Positions 9,463-20,271 of a stretch of DNA of 64,000 nt are shown piece by piece; within the stretch, counting starts at the first letter, position 1, and the number at the start of each line of letters is the position of its first letter. Position numbers and translations under genes: made by a program. The DNA is from an uncultured delta proteobacterium (GTDB lineage Bacteria > Desulfobacterota > Desulfuromonadia > Geobacterales > DSM-12255): the NCBI GenBank assembly GCA_963787125.1, contig CAWBBV010000007.1, positions 32,001 to 96,000 of the forward strand. Direction: 5' to 3'. The notes under the pieces were generated by a model. That model worked only from the letters and a program-made list of their open reading frames with translations, ran no database searches and was not told where the DNA came from.

Positions 9463-11775
9463 CTACTGTAACGCTTCAGAGAGGACTTGACCAAGCTCTT
9501 TTACGAAAATAAATGTCAGTGATTTGTGAATCTCTGCAGGGATATCATCCAGATCATTGATGTTCCTTGCCGGAATGATCAATTTAGTCACACCGGCACG
9601 CCGAGCTGCCAGCACTTTTTCTTTTAATCCACCTATGGCCAGGATGCGCCCGGTCAGACTGATCTCGCCGGTCATGGCGGTGTCACGGCGGGCCGGGCGG
9701 CCCGTCAGGAGCGACACCAGGGCAGTTGCCATGGTGATGCCGGCGGAAGGGCCGTCTTTGGGGATGCTTCCGGCCGGCACATGGATATGGATGGTGGTCT
9801 CCTCAAAGGCGTCTTCCGGAATTCCCAATGCCGCCCGGTTTGCCTGGGCATAGGAGAGCGCCGTCCGGGCAGACTCCTTCATGACGTCACCGAGGGAGCC
9901 GGTAAGGATCAGTTCACCCTTGCCTTTCATTCGGGTCGCTTCCACAAAGATAATATCGCCGCCGGTTTCCGTCCAGGCCATGCCGGTTACGACCCCTATC
10001 CGGTCATGTTCAGCAGCAACTTCATTAAAAAATTTCGGGTGACCAAGAAACTCCTCCACCAGTTCAGCAGTTATCGGAGTTCTGAGCGGTTTCCCCTGAG
10101 TGATTTCCTTGGCAAGTTTGCGACAGACTGAGCCGATGGTACGTTGCAGATTGCGTACTCCGGCTTCGCGGGTATAGTCGCTGATAATTCGCTTCAGGGC
10201 GGGGAATTCAAAAGTCGGGGGGGTGCTGAGGAGGCCGTTTTCCTCGATCTCCCTGGGGATGAGGTAGCGATTGGCGATATGTTCCTTCTCCTCGCTGGTA
10301 TAGCCGGAAAGGGTCAAAATCTCCATTCTGTCTTTCAGCGCAGCAGGTACCGGGTCGAGTTGATTGGCGGTAGTGATGAACATGACATTGCGCAGGTCAA
10401 AAGGGACATCCATGTAGTGATCGGTGAAAGTGTTGTTTTGCTCCGGATCGAGCACTTCCAAAAGAGCGCTGGCAGGGTCGCCGCGGAAGTCCACTCCGAT
10501 TTTGTCTACTTCGTCGAGCATGAACACCGGATTATTGGCGCCGCAGCGGTAAATCTCCTGAATGATTCTTCCCGGCAGGGAGCCGATATAGGTGCGTCGA
10601 TGGCCGCGGATCTCCGCTTCATCCCGCATGCCGCCAAGGGAGATGCGGATGAACTTACGGCCGAGAGCCTTGGCAATGGAACGGCCGAGACTTGTTTTAC
10701 CTACCCCCGGGGGGCCGACAAAGCAGAGGATCGGTCCCTTCATGTTCTCTTTCAGGGTGCGCACCGCCAGATATTCGAGGATTCGCTCTTTTACTTTCGT
10801 CAAGTTGTAATGGTCATCATTGAGAATCTGTTCTGCCTGAAGAATGTCACGGTTATCCAGTGTGCTTACCAGCCAGGGCATGCCGGTAAGATAGTCAAGA
10901 TAGGTTCTGGCAACCGTATGCTCAGGCGAAGCAGGGTTGATCCGCTCCAGACGTTTCAGTTCCTTTTCGGCAATGGCTCGCACTTCATCAGGCATAGCTG
11001 TCGTTGCCAGTTTTTTCTTCAGTTCGTTCAGGTCAGTATCTGACTGCTCTTCATCGCCAAGCTCTTCCTTGATCTGCTTCATCTGCTCCCGGAGAATGTA
11101 CTCTTTCTGGGTCTTCCCCATCCGCTTGGAAACTTCGGCCTGCACCTCACCCTTTATCTGGAGGCGTTGTACTTCACTGGTGAGACTGGTGTAGACCTTC
11201 TTGATCCTCTCTATCGGGTCGATCGTTTCCAGAATCTCCTGCTGCTCATCCAGAGAGAGGTTTATGTAGATGGCCACCAGATCGGAGAGCCTTGCCGGGT
11301 TGTCGATGTAGTTGATCATTTTCATGACGTCATCAGGCAGAGGACGGCCATAAGAGAGGGATATTTTTAAAAGCGCCGAGAGGCTTGAAACCAGGGCGTC
11401 GGAAACGATGGTTTTTTCGACAAATTCACTGATTGCTTCGATCCGGACCAGGGGGAAAGGACTTTCTGTAACTACTTCCAGAAGCTTTATTCTGGAGATA
11501 CCTTCAAGAGTCACTTTTGTGGTCTCATCCTCAAGGCGGGTAATTTTGGTGACGCGGCAGATAGTCCCGATATCATGAATCGATTCGGCAATGGCCTCAC
11601 CACCTTCCCGTCTGGTCTTGAAGAGGGCGATCAGGTTATTGTAGTTGCCTGTCGCCTCGAACAGCGGCAGTTCCCATCCTTTCAGGAAGATGGTGAAGAG
11701 CATGTACGGGAAAACAACCATCTCCCGCAGTTGGTACAATGGAACCGTTTCTGGAATATGAGTATTATCGGGCAT
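9463..11775 (-). CDS. lon: ATP-dependent Lon protease (paralogue 1)
   Basis: Lon N domain, [25 protein letters not shown] (catalytic Ser), GGLKEK. Confidence 0.96.
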   Translation of the reverse strand: MPDNTHIPETVPLYQLREMVVFPYMLFTIFLKGWELPLFEATGNYNNLIALFKTRREGGEAIAESIHDIGTICRVTKITRLEDETTKVTLEGISRIKLLEVVTESPFPLVRIEAISEFVEKTIVSDALVSSLSALLKISLSYGRPLPDDVMKMINYIDNPARLSDLVAIYINLSLDEQQEILETIDPIERIKKVYTSLTSEVQRLQIKGEVQAEVSKRMGKTQKEYILREQMKQIKEELGDEEQSDTDLNELKKKLATTAMPDEVRAIAEKELKRLERINPASPEHTVARTYLDYLTGMPWLVSTLDNRDILQAEQILNDDHYNLTKVKERILEYLAVRTLKENMKGPILCFVGPPGVGKTSLGRSIAKALGRKFIRISLGGMRDEAEIRGHRRTYIGSLPGRIIQEIYRCGANNPVFMLDEVDKIGVDFRGDPASALLEVLDPEQNNTFTDHYMDVPFDLRNVMFITTANQLDPVPAALKDRMEILTLSGYTSEEKEHIANRYLIPREIEENGLLSTPPTFEFPALKRIISDYTREAGVRNLQRTIGSVCRKLAKEITQGKPLRTPITAELVEEFLGHPKFFNEVAAEHDRIGVVTGMAWTETGGDIIFVEATRMKGKGELILTGSLGDVMKESARTALSYAQANRAALGIPEDAFEETTIHIHVPAGSIPKDGPSAGITMATALVSLLTGRPARRDTAMTGEISLTGRILAIGGLKEKVLAARRAGVTKLIIPARNINDLDDIPAEIHKSLTFIFVKELGQVLSEALQ

Positions 11776-11853
11776 AGTGAGCCTTGGTGTTTAATGGAAA
11801 ATTATTAAGCTTGTTGTGCTTCCTGTTAAGAGTAACTACTCAAGGGGAAGGTG

Positions 11854-13782
11854 TCAAGGAGGGGAGGCGATGTTGCGTTGCAACTCCTCCCACTCTTCAT
11901 AGCGCAGCGCCAGTTGTGCTTCGGTTGTAGAGTGTTCACCGGCAAGCTTTTGCAGAGTGGCATAGTCGCCGGCTAATTCCGGGTCGGCAAGATTGCTTTC
12001 TATGTTTTTCAGCTCAGTCTCGGTTATTTCGATAATTGCTTCCAGTTCCTGCAATCGCCTTTGCTGGGCGCGCTCCTCTTTTTGCCGCTGTTTATCATCT
12101 TCGCGCTGTTTTTGCCGTTCGTCTTTTGATACTGGAGGCTGGAGTCCGGGGGCAGTGACGTGCGTAGGGGAATTGCTGACCGTCCCCTCCTTTTTGGCAA
12201 GGTAGTACTCATAATCGCCGTGATAGGAGGTTAGGGCCCCGGCTTCGACCTCAACAACGCGGGTTGCCAGTCCGTCGATAAAGTGGCGATCGTGGGAAAC
12301 GAAGACAACCGTGCCGGGAAAAGTGCGGAGGGCATCAAGGAGCATCTCCTTGCTGAAGAGGTCGAGGTGGTTGGTCGGCTCGTCCATGAGGAGGAGATTG
12401 GAGGGCCGCAGAAGCATTTTGGCAAGGGCAAGGCGGTTGCGCTCGCCGCCGGAAAGGACATTGACCTTTTTGTAGATATCATCGCCACAAAAAAGGAAAG
12501 CACCGAGCAGATCACGCAGCCGTGGTACCATGTCGTAGGGGGCGTCAGTGTAAAGCTCGTCATAGGCACTCTTTGTGCCGTGGAGTGCCTCAGCCTGATC
12601 CTGGGCAAAGTAGTCGATGACGACGTTGTGGCCGTCAAGCCTGCTGCCACCCTGGAACTCTCCGCCGCTGAGAATTTTCATCAGGGTGGACTTTCCCGCG
12701 CCGTTATGACCGACCAGGGCGATCTTGTCACCTTTTTCGACGGTCAGTGAGATTTGATCGAGAACTTTATGGGCGCCGTAACTCTTAGTTATGCCGACCA
12801 GTTCCATCACCACCCGGCCGCTTTTCGGCGGGTCGGGAAAGTTGAAATGAATCTTTTTCCGCTCCGGCGGTATGACGATTCTTTCAATCTTCTCCAGCAT
12901 CTTGATCCGCGACTGGACCAGGGAAGCCTTATCCGCCTTGTAGCGGAAGCGTCTGATGAAGTCTTCCAGTTTTTCCACCTCATCATCCTGGCGGCGCTTT
13001 GCCTCCCTGAGAGCGTAGACCCGCTCTTCTCTCTGGAGAAGGTAGCCGGAATAGTTGCAATGGTAGTCGCTGATTGTATGGTTCCAGACTTCGGCGATGC
13101 GGCTGCAGACTTTGTCGAGAAAGAAGCGGTCGTGGGAGACAAGCATTACGGAGAACGGGTAGTTGCAAAGGTACTCCTCCAGCCAGTTTCTCGCCTCGAT
13201 GTCAAGATGGTTGGTCGGTTCATCAAGAAGCAGGACGTTAGGCCTTTGCAAAAGGAGCTTGGCAAGGGCAATCCGCATCTGCCAGCCGCCTGAAAATGTG
13301 CCGCAGTCCCGGTCCCATTGCTCCGGAAGAAAGCCGAGACCGGTCAATACCATGCCGACATCGGCCTCTTTACTGTAGCCACCCTTGACCCGGAACTCTT
13401 CCTGCAACTGGCCGAAACGGTCAAGCGCGGCTTCATGGCGCGGTCCTTTGTGGTCAATGGTTTCAAGTTCGGTCGTCAGAGCCAGAAGCTCTTCCTCCAT
13501 GGACTGAAGTTCTTTGAGTGCGGAGAGAGCCTCTTCAAAGAGGCTTTTGCCGCGGGAGACGATCCCGTCCTGAGGCAGATAGCCAACTGTCGCCCCTTTG
13601 GCAAACTGGAGTTCACCGGAAGAAAGCTCTACCTGCCCGGCGATGATCCGCATGACGGTTGATTTTCCGGCGCCGTTCTCGCCGACCAGTCCGACTCTTT
13701 CACCTTTTTTGAGGTGCCAGGAGATGTCGGTGAAAAGAGGTTTGCCGGCAAACTCTTTTGTGACGTTTTTTAGGTGGAGCAT
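11854..13782 (-). CDS. ABC-F family ATP-binding protein
   Basis: Two ABC cassettes (GENGAGKS/FSGGW/DEPTNHLD; GHNGAGKS/LSGGE/DEPTNHLD), no TM segments, C-terminal coiled coil. Confidence 0.93.
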   Translation of the reverse strand: MLHLKNVTKEFAGKPLFTDISWHLKKGERVGLVGENGAGKSTVMRIIAGQVELSSGELQFAKGATVGYLPQDGIVSRGKSLFEEALSALKELQSMEEELLALTTELETIDHKGPRHEAALDRFGQLQEEFRVKGGYSKEADVGMVLTGLGFLPEQWDRDCGTFSGGWQMRIALAKLLLQRPNVLLLDEPTNHLDIEARNWLEEYLCNYPFSVMLVSHDRFFLDKVCSRIAEVWNHTISDYHCNYSGYLLQREERVYALREAKRRQDDEVEKLEDFIRRFRYKADKASLVQSRIKMLEKIERIVIPPERKKIHFNFPDPPKSGRVVMELVGITKSYGAHKVLDQISLTVEKGDKIALVGHNGAGKSTLMKILSGGEFQGGSRLDGHNVVIDYFAQDQAEALHGTKSAYDELYTDAPYDMVPRLRDLLGAFLFCGDDIYKKVNVLSGGERNRLALAKMLLRPSNLLLMDEPTNHLDLFSKEMLLDALRTFPGTVVFVSHDRHFIDGLATRVVEVEAGALTSYHGDYEYYLAKKEGTVSNSPTHVTAPGLQPPVSKDERQKQREDDKQRQKEERAQQRRLQELEAIIEITETELKNIESNLADPELAGDYATLQKLAGEHSTTEAQLALRYEEWEELQRNIASPP

Positions 13783-13990
13783 GACCTGCCTTTGTGGTTC
13801 AGTGATGCTGTTGTTTACGTAAATCTGCTTCCATTCTATGGAAACAGCGGTGGTAAAGTCAATTTTCATCGATGCTTAAACTGATAATAAACGCTTTTGA
13901 ATGTGCAAGTCTTGAGAATTCTGTTATAGTTCCAGAGTTTTAGACTAAAGTTATTCTCTTTAACCCTGTTTTTTCGAAGGAGAGCAGCTG

Positions 13991-15049
13991 ATGCCGCCGA
14001 AAGAGTCTGAAGATAATTCAGTACCGAACTTGACCCCTCACGATACCCGCTATCTTTTTGTGCTGCCGTTTTCCACTGACAGGGAGCTGGCGCGGCGCTT
14101 TCTCGTCAGCGAGCGGGAGATTGTCGGCAATATCCGTTTCGGTAAACTGCTGGAGACTCTGGACAAGGTTGCTGAAAATACGGCCCTGGCTTACGTGCAC
14201 CGTTTCTATCCCACGGCAAGGGTTGTAACTGCAGCTATTGATAGTGTCATTGTCCGTAACCCGGCAGATACAATGAATGACCTCATTTTCTCCGCCCAGA
14301 TTAATCATGTCGGCAGGTCTTCCCTTGAGGTTGGCATCCGGGTTGAACATCTCGGGACAAGGTCGTGCCACGTTGCCAGTTGCTATTTTACCATGGTTGC
14401 CCGTTCAACGGACTGCGTTGAGGCCAAGAGCCTGTCGCTACCGCCACTTGACTACAAAGCTCCTCAGGAAGAGGCCAGATACAACAAGGCGAATGCCCGC
14501 CGTCAGGAGTACCGTGACAGTCTGGTCAAGGCTGAGGAGATGCCCTCACTGGACGAGTATCTTTTTTTGAAGAGTCTGCATAAGGAGCAGGAAAACTCTG
14601 CCTTCAAGGGGATTTTTGTCAGGGATCTTCTCCTTGAATCTCACTGCCGGGCATATCCGGATCAGGAGAATGTTCCGCGGACAATATTTGGCGGCTACCT
14701 GATGAGAAGGTCGTATGAAATAGCCGCCCTGGCCGCAGAGATGATAGCGCCCGGCAGGGTTATCCCCTGCCGGGTGAACCGGATTAATTTCAATCAACCG
14801 GTGCTGCTGGGCGACCAGCTGAAATTCAGTGCCAGAGTTGTTTATACCGGCAAGACAACAATCTCGGTACAGTCAGACATAGAGAGGTTCAATCGCGGTG
14901 CCGGGGAAAAGGCGCTTTCCAACTCCTGCCTGTTTACTTTCAGGAATGTTGACAGTGACATGACGCCGCAACAGGTACCTTTCATCTACCCAACCACCTA
15001 TGCTGAGGATGCCAGGTTTCTTAATGCCTATCGTCAGCGGATTGACTGA
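13991..15049 (+). CDS. double hot-dog acyl-CoA thioesterase
   Basis: GNIRFGKLLETLD, VVTAAID, VGRSSLEVG, TIFGGYLMR motifs. Confidence 0.88.
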   Translation: MPPKESEDNSVPNLTPHDTRYLFVLPFSTDRELARRFLVSEREIVGNIRFGKLLETLDKVAENTALAYVHRFYPTARVVTAAIDSVIVRNPADTMNDLIFSAQINHVGRSSLEVGIRVEHLGTRSCHVASCYFTMVARSTDCVEAKSLSLPPLDYKAPQEEARYNKANARRQEYRDSLVKAEEMPSLDEYLFLKSLHKEQENSAFKGIFVRDLLLESHCRAYPDQENVPRTIFGGYLMRRSYEIAALAAEMIAPGRVIPCRVNRINFNQPVLLGDQLKFSARVVYTGKTTISVQSDIERFNRGAGEKALSNSCLFTFRNVDSDMTPQQVPFIYPTTYAEDARFLNAYRQRID

Positions 15050-15132
15050 CACAATTTAACAAAGCTGCAGAATAGAAGCTGCGGCGTCCTGCAGTCAGGC
15101 AAACTGGCGCAGGTTGAAAAGGATCAGAGTAA

Positions 15133-17565
15133 ATGCCAAAGAAAATGCTTATCAATGCCCTTCATCCGGAAGAGTCGCGGGTTGCGATTGTCGATGAGAA
15201 TGGGCGCCTGATAGATCTCGATATCGAGATCGCAGGCAGTGAACAGATGCGGGGAAATATTTATAAGGGGGTCGTGCTCCGGGTTGAACCGGGACTGCAG
15301 GCTGCTTTCATTGATATCGGCCTCAAGAAACCGGCCTTTATCCAGTTGGGTGAACTTCACCCGGACAACTGGCAGTGGCGAGAGGATGTCACTGAGGAGC
15401 AGCGCAAGCGGCGACCACGGATACAGGATGTCCTTCGTCGCGGCCAGGAGCTGATCGTCCAGGTGGAGAAGGACGAGCGGGATATGAAGGGTGCAGCGGT
15501 AACGACCTACATATCCCTCCCCGGACGTTACATGGTGCTCATGCCGGGGAGTGATTCCACCGGGATTTCCAGAAAGGTTGAGGGGGAGGGTGAGCGGAAG
15601 AAGATGAAGGAGCTCGCCGCTGCCATGACTTTCCGTGAAGGGGTCGGTTACATTATCCGGACGGAGGCAATGGGGAGAACTCTTGAGGAGTTGCAGTACG
15701 ATCTGGACCAGCTGCTGGCCAAATATGACGAAGTCATTGAAAAAGGGGCGAAGATTAAGGCTCCGGCCATTATCTACAAGGAATATGCTGTTGTCATCAG
15801 GACAATCCGTGACTACTTTTCTGCTGATATTGATGAGGTTCTGGTCGACAGCAAGGAGGTCTGCAAGGAGGCAAAAGCGTTCTTCAAGGAGACCATGCCC
15901 AGTTTTGAGAAACGGGTAAAAATGCACCAGGAAAAACGTCCCATCTTCTCCCGCTTTCAGATAGAGGAGCAGATTGATCAGATCTACGAGAAAAAAGTTT
16001 TACTCAAATCTGGCGGGTCGCTGGTGATTGAACCGACAGAGGCGCTTGTCTCCATAGATGTCAACTCGGGTAAATCAACCGGCGAGCGTAATGTCGAAGA
16101 CACTGCCTTTCGCACCAACCTGGAAGCGGTGGACGAGGCTGCCAGGCAGCTGCGGCTGCGCGACCTTGGCGGGCTCATCGTCCTTGACCTGATAGACATG
16201 CGGGAGATGAAGCATGTCAAGGAGGTTGAAAAGGCGTTAAAGCTGGCGTTAAAGGGTGATAAGGCCCGCGTGACCGTTGGCAGGATCTCCCAGTTCGGCA
16301 TGTTGGAGATGTCCAGGCAGCGGATTAAGCAGACCCTTGAACAGGGAAGTATCCTTGACTGCCCGCACTGTTCCGGTAGAGGCAAAGTCAAAGGGGTCGA
16401 GAGTATGGCCATCTCTTTTCTGCGCAAGGTCCATGGCGCTGCCGCCAAAGGGACGGCTTCAGAGGTGCGTGGTGAGCTGCCGCTTGACGTGGCTTATTAT
16501 CTTCTGAACCGCAAGAAGCGTGAACTGGCGCAGATAGAAAACGATTACGATATTGAGGTGACGATAAAAGGTAAGCCGTCTTTCCTTATGAACCAGCTGG
16601 AGCTGGTTGCCATCAAGCGGGAAAAAGTGGCGGTGCAGGAATATACTCAGCCACAGATTCAGGTAGAGGCAGAGAGAGTCCTCCCGGTAGAAGCCCCAGC
16701 GGTTAAAGTGCCACCAGTGGTGGTTCTGGAGGCGGAGCAGCCGGTCGATGACGGCAAGCCGAAGAGGAAAAAACGAAGTCGTATGAAGGTGGCCGGAGAG
16801 CCTGTTGAAGAGCCCGTTGCCCTGGAGATTCCAGCCGCAGAAGTGCTTGATGACGCGGCCATTGCTCCAGCCGCAGTGGTTGACGCAGCTGCCATGCCGA
16901 TTAACGAGACCGGGGACGTTGAGTCTCTTCCTGAAGAACAGAAGAAAAAGCGCCGGAGAAAGCGGCGGCGCAAAGGGAAGGGTGGTGCTGGCGAGCAGCC
17001 TGCCGGAGAGGAAGCTGAAGGTGTTGAGGCTGCTGAAGTTGAAGATGACCATGTCTCTGAAGCTGTTGAGTTGCCTGATGCTGACGAGGAACCGGTTGCT
17101 CAGGAGGACGCGTCTGCAGAGACCCTTAAAAAGCGGAAACGTCGCCGGCGCAAGCGTGGCGGTGCCAAGCCGGCAGACGCTGATGCAATTGCTGCAGTCG
17201 AGCCGGAAGAGATTGCTCCGGTTGAGCTTTCTGCTGTTGAATCTTCTCCTGTTACAGCGGAAGAGAAGCCGAAAAAACTACGGGTGCGCGCCCCGCGCAA
17301 GAAAGTGGCTACTGGCGAACCAGTTGTAATTCCGGAAATAACTATTGCCGAGACGGCGGCTGTGCCTGGTTTGTTGCCTGTAGTTGAGGCCGTAAAGCCG
17401 AAAAAGGCCAGGGCAAGAAAGGCTGCAGTTATAGCAGAGCCGGTGGAAGTGTCTCCGATTCCTGCTTCAGTTGCGATAGTGCCTGAAGAGAAGCCAAAGG
17501 CAAAGCGCGCACCGCGAAAGAAAGCAGTAAAGTCTGTCGAGGATGTGCCGAGCAGTCAAGATTAG
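15133..17565 (+). CDS. rne: ribonuclease E/G with long disordered C-terminal region
   Basis: GNIYKGVVLRVEPGLQAAFIDIG, IDVNSG, RQLRLRDLGGLIVLDLIDM, CPHCSG Zn-link; ~300-aa low-complexity tail. Confidence 0.93.
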   Translation: MPKKMLINALHPEESRVAIVDENGRLIDLDIEIAGSEQMRGNIYKGVVLRVEPGLQAAFIDIGLKKPAFIQLGELHPDNWQWREDVTEEQRKRRPRIQDVLRRGQELIVQVEKDERDMKGAAVTTYISLPGRYMVLMPGSDSTGISRKVEGEGERKKMKELAAAMTFREGVGYIIRTEAMGRTLEELQYDLDQLLAKYDEVIEKGAKIKAPAIIYKEYAVVIRTIRDYFSADIDEVLVDSKEVCKEAKAFFKETMPSFEKRVKMHQEKRPIFSRFQIEEQIDQIYEKKVLLKSGGSLVIEPTEALVSIDVNSGKSTGERNVEDTAFRTNLEAVDEAARQLRLRDLGGLIVLDLIDMREMKHVKEVEKALKLALKGDKARVTVGRISQFGMLEMSRQRIKQTLEQGSILDCPHCSGRGKVKGVESMAISFLRKVHGAAAKGTASEVRGELPLDVAYYLLNRKKRELAQIENDYDIEVTIKGKPSFLMNQLELVAIKREKVAVQEYTQPQIQVEAERVLPVEAPAVKVPPVVVLEAEQPVDDGKPKRKKRSRMKVAGEPVEEPVALEIPAAEVLDDAAIAPAAVVDAAAMPINETGDVESLPEEQKKKRRRKRRRKGKGGAGEQPAGEEAEGVEAAEVEDDHVSEAVELPDADEEPVAQEDASAETLKKRKRRRRKRGGAKPADADAIAAVEPEEIAPVELSAVESSPVTAEEKPKKLRVRAPRKKVATGEPVVIPEITIAETAAVPGLLPVVEAVKPKKARARKAAVIAEPVEVSPIPASVAIVPEEKPKAKRAPRKKAVKSVEDVPSSQD

Positions 17566-17611
17566 TAATTCTTCCGGAGAGTGTCTCTCAATGTTAAATA
17601 AGTAAGTTAAA

Positions 17612-17651
17612 AAGCGCGACCTCATAGAAATGGGGGCGCGCTTCTTTTTTT
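17612..17651 (+). terminator. intrinsic terminator after rne
   Basis: AAGCGCG..CTCAT-AGAA-ATGGG..CGCGCTT followed by a T tract. Confidence 0.7.
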
Positions 17652-17940
17652 CAGGTATTCCGGTAGTCCCCGTGCATCGAAACTTTTTTTGATATAGTCA
17701 AAAATATTGTTGCCTCAAGTCTCCTCTGAATATATCCTTGCAAAATAGAACGCTGTCACTATAGAGCGGTTCCGTCTAACTTTGCTGATTTTAGCATCTG
17801 CCTATGGGTTAGTCTTAATGATGTGTTTTGATAAGCGCAGATGTTAGATGATAGCAGTCAGGTGTTTGCATAATTAAATTGTCAACAGCATCATTATTTG
17901 TGATGCCCGGCAGCTTTGATAAACAACAAGGGAGGAGCAT

Positions 17941-18636
17941 ATGATCTGTAAATCAGTGACTGAGGCGCTTTGCGGCATCTGCGACGGGGCAACAATAATG
18001 GTAGGTGGCTTCGGTCTGGTCGGGATCCCGGAAAACCTGATTCTGGGGCTGCGGGAGACAGGGGTGAAAAACCTGACCGTCATCTCCAACAACTGCGGCG
18101 TTGATGACTGGGGGTTGGGACTGCTACTGGAAAACCGCCAGATAAAGAAGATGATTTCGTCGTACGTTGGTGAGAACAAGGAGTTCGAGCGGCAGTATCT
18201 TTCCGGTGAACTGGAAGTGGAACTGGTGCCGCAGGGGACGCTGGCAGAGCGGATAAGAGCAGGAGGGGCGGGAATACCGGGATTTTACACTCCTGCGGGG
18301 GTGGGTACGCCAATTGCCGAAGGGCGTGAAACCAGGGTTTTTGACGGTAAGGAGTATCTGCTTGAGTTCGGTCTGAAGGCGGATTATTCACTGGTAAAAG
18401 CGTGGCGTGGAGATGGTCTCGGCAACCTCCAGTACCGCCGGACGGCACAAAACTTCAACCCGATGATGGCTGCTGCCGGCAAGTTAACAATAGCCGAGGT
18501 TGAAGTCATGGCAGCTGTCGGCGAACTTGAGCCGGAGAGCGTTCATACACCGAGCATTTATGTGCAGCGGATTATCTGTTGCGACAAACATGAAAAACGG
18601 ATCGAGCGGCGGACTGTTCAAAAAGGAGGCGCGTAA
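17941..18636 (+). CDS. scoA: 3-oxoacid CoA-transferase subunit A
   Basis: [41 protein letters not shown]. Confidence 0.92.
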   Translation: MICKSVTEALCGICDGATIMVGGFGLVGIPENLILGLRETGVKNLTVISNNCGVDDWGLGLLLENRQIKKMISSYVGENKEFERQYLSGELEVELVPQGTLAERIRAGGAGIPGFYTPAGVGTPIAEGRETRVFDGKEYLLEFGLKADYSLVKAWRGDGLGNLQYRRTAQNFNPMMAAAGKLTIAEVEVMAAVGELEPESVHTPSIYVQRIICCDKHEKRIERRTVQKGGA

Positions 18637-18637
18637 C

Positions 18638-19282
18638 ATGGCCTGGACACGTGAAGAGATTGCCCAGCGGGCAGCGCAGGAGATAGAGGACGGTTTTTAT
18701 GTGAATCTGGGAATCGGGATGCCGACTCTTGTGGCGAATTTTATCCCTAAAGGGGTGAAAGTTGTGCTGCAGTCAGAAAACGGTCTGCTCGGTATCGGTC
18801 CATATCCAACCGAAGAGCAGCTTGATCCGGATCTGATAAACGCCGGTAAAGAGACGATTACCATGATGCCGGGCGCGGCACTGTTCAGCAGCGCCGAGTC
18901 GTTTGCCATGATTCGCGGCGGGCATATCGATCTGGCAATCCTCGGCGGCATGGAGGTGTCAGCTTCAGGTGACCTTGCCAACTGGGTCATCCCCGGCAAG
19001 ATGGTTAAAGGGATGGGAGGGGCAATGGATCTGGTCCACGGCGCCAAGAAAATTGTCGTCATCATGGATCATGTCAACAAGCAGGGCGAATCTAAAATTC
19101 TCAACAGCTGCACTCTGCCGTTGACCGGCAAGGGGGTTGTTAACCGGATCATTACCGATCGGGCAGTGCTTGATGTGACCAAGGATGGTCTGCTGCTTGT
19201 CGAAGTTGCGCCGGGACATACAGTCGCAGAGATAATGGGTTGCACCGAGCCGCAGCTTGCGGTTGCGCCAGGGCTTGAATAG
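18638..19282 (+). CDS. scoB: 3-oxoacid CoA-transferase subunit B
   Basis: [15 protein letters not shown] (catalytic Glu), [19 protein letters not shown]. Confidence 0.92.
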   Translation: MAWTREEIAQRAAQEIEDGFYVNLGIGMPTLVANFIPKGVKVVLQSENGLLGIGPYPTEEQLDPDLINAGKETITMMPGAALFSSAESFAMIRGGHIDLAILGGMEVSASGDLANWVIPGKMVKGMGGAMDLVHGAKKIVVIMDHVNKQGESKILNSCTLPLTGKGVVNRIITDRAVLDVTKDGLLLVEVAPGHTVAEIMGCTEPQLAVAPGLE

Positions 19283-19290
19283 GGGGAGAG

Positions 19291-20073
19291 ATGCTTAAAG
19301 GAAAATCTGCTCTGGTTACCGGGTCTACCAGCGGCATAGGTCTCGGTATTGCTCGTGCCCTTGCGTCACAGGGGTGCAATGTCATGCTGAACGGCTTTGG
19401 TGAAAGCTCGGTTATAGAGAAAAGCCGCGTTGGACTTGAAATGGAATTTGCTGTTAAAGCCTGCTACAGCCGGGCTGACATGACAAAGCCGGATGAGATT
19501 GCCGCTCTTGTTGAGGAGACGATAGACCGGCTTGGTAGTCTGGATATTCTGGTAAACTGTGCCGGTATCCAGCATACAGCCGAGATAGAGGCCTTCCCAG
19601 CGCAAAAATGGGATGCAATTATTGCCATAAATCTTTCATCTTCATTTCACACTATCCAGCATGCCGTCCCCTTCATGAAAAGACGTGGCTGGGGGAGGAT
19701 TTTGAATATTGCTTCTGTGCACGGTCTGGTCGGCTCGGTCAACAAAGTGGCATATGTTGCGGCAAAGCACGGTCTTGTCGGGTTGACAAAAGTTGTCGGA
19801 CTTGAAACCGCAGGCAAGGGGATAACTTGCAACGCCATCTGTCCCGGCTGGACACGCACAGAGTTGATTGAACCGCAGATCGCTGCAAAGGCTGCGGCCC
19901 TTGGGGTTGACAGCGAAGAAGGCGGACGGTCACTGCTGGCTGAAAAACAGCCTTCGAGGCAGTTTGTGACCATCGACCAGCTAGGTCAGCTGGCAATTTT
20001 TCTCTGCTCGGATGCGGCGGCGCAGATCACCGGCACGGCGATTCCGATAGACGGGGGGTGGACAGCTCAGTAG
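19291..20073 (+). CDS. bdhA: D-3-hydroxybutyrate dehydrogenase (SDR)
   Basis: TGSTSGIG, AGIQH, ASVHGL, YVAAKHG, LAEKQPS, DGGWTAQ. Confidence 0.9.
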   Translation: MLKGKSALVTGSTSGIGLGIARALASQGCNVMLNGFGESSVIEKSRVGLEMEFAVKACYSRADMTKPDEIAALVEETIDRLGSLDILVNCAGIQHTAEIEAFPAQKWDAIIAINLSSSFHTIQHAVPFMKRRGWGRILNIASVHGLVGSVNKVAYVAAKHGLVGLTKVVGLETAGKGITCNAICPGWTRTELIEPQIAAKAAALGVDSEEGGRSLLAEKQPSRQFVTIDQLGQLAIFLCSDAAAQITGTAIPIDGGWTAQ

Positions 20074-20271
20074 CCTCTGTTTGCAATGAGTCTGTCAGTA
20101 ACACTGCCAGTCTCTCTGCAAGTCTTGTTGATTTTTTTCTAAACTTGGACCAGAGTTAAGTTAGAAGCAAGTCGTCTGGTTCATGACTGGATTTACAATG
20201 AAAACCTTGAAGATCCAGTTGATATATTAAATGTTGTTTGATTCAGCAAGAGGCAGTTTGCAGCGGAGGTA

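Noticed and set aside
10144..11043. 299-aa plus-strand ORF, and similar ORFs opposite the second lon, rne, gspE and mqnD
   Set aside because: Antisense to conserved genes with no independent evidence of coding.
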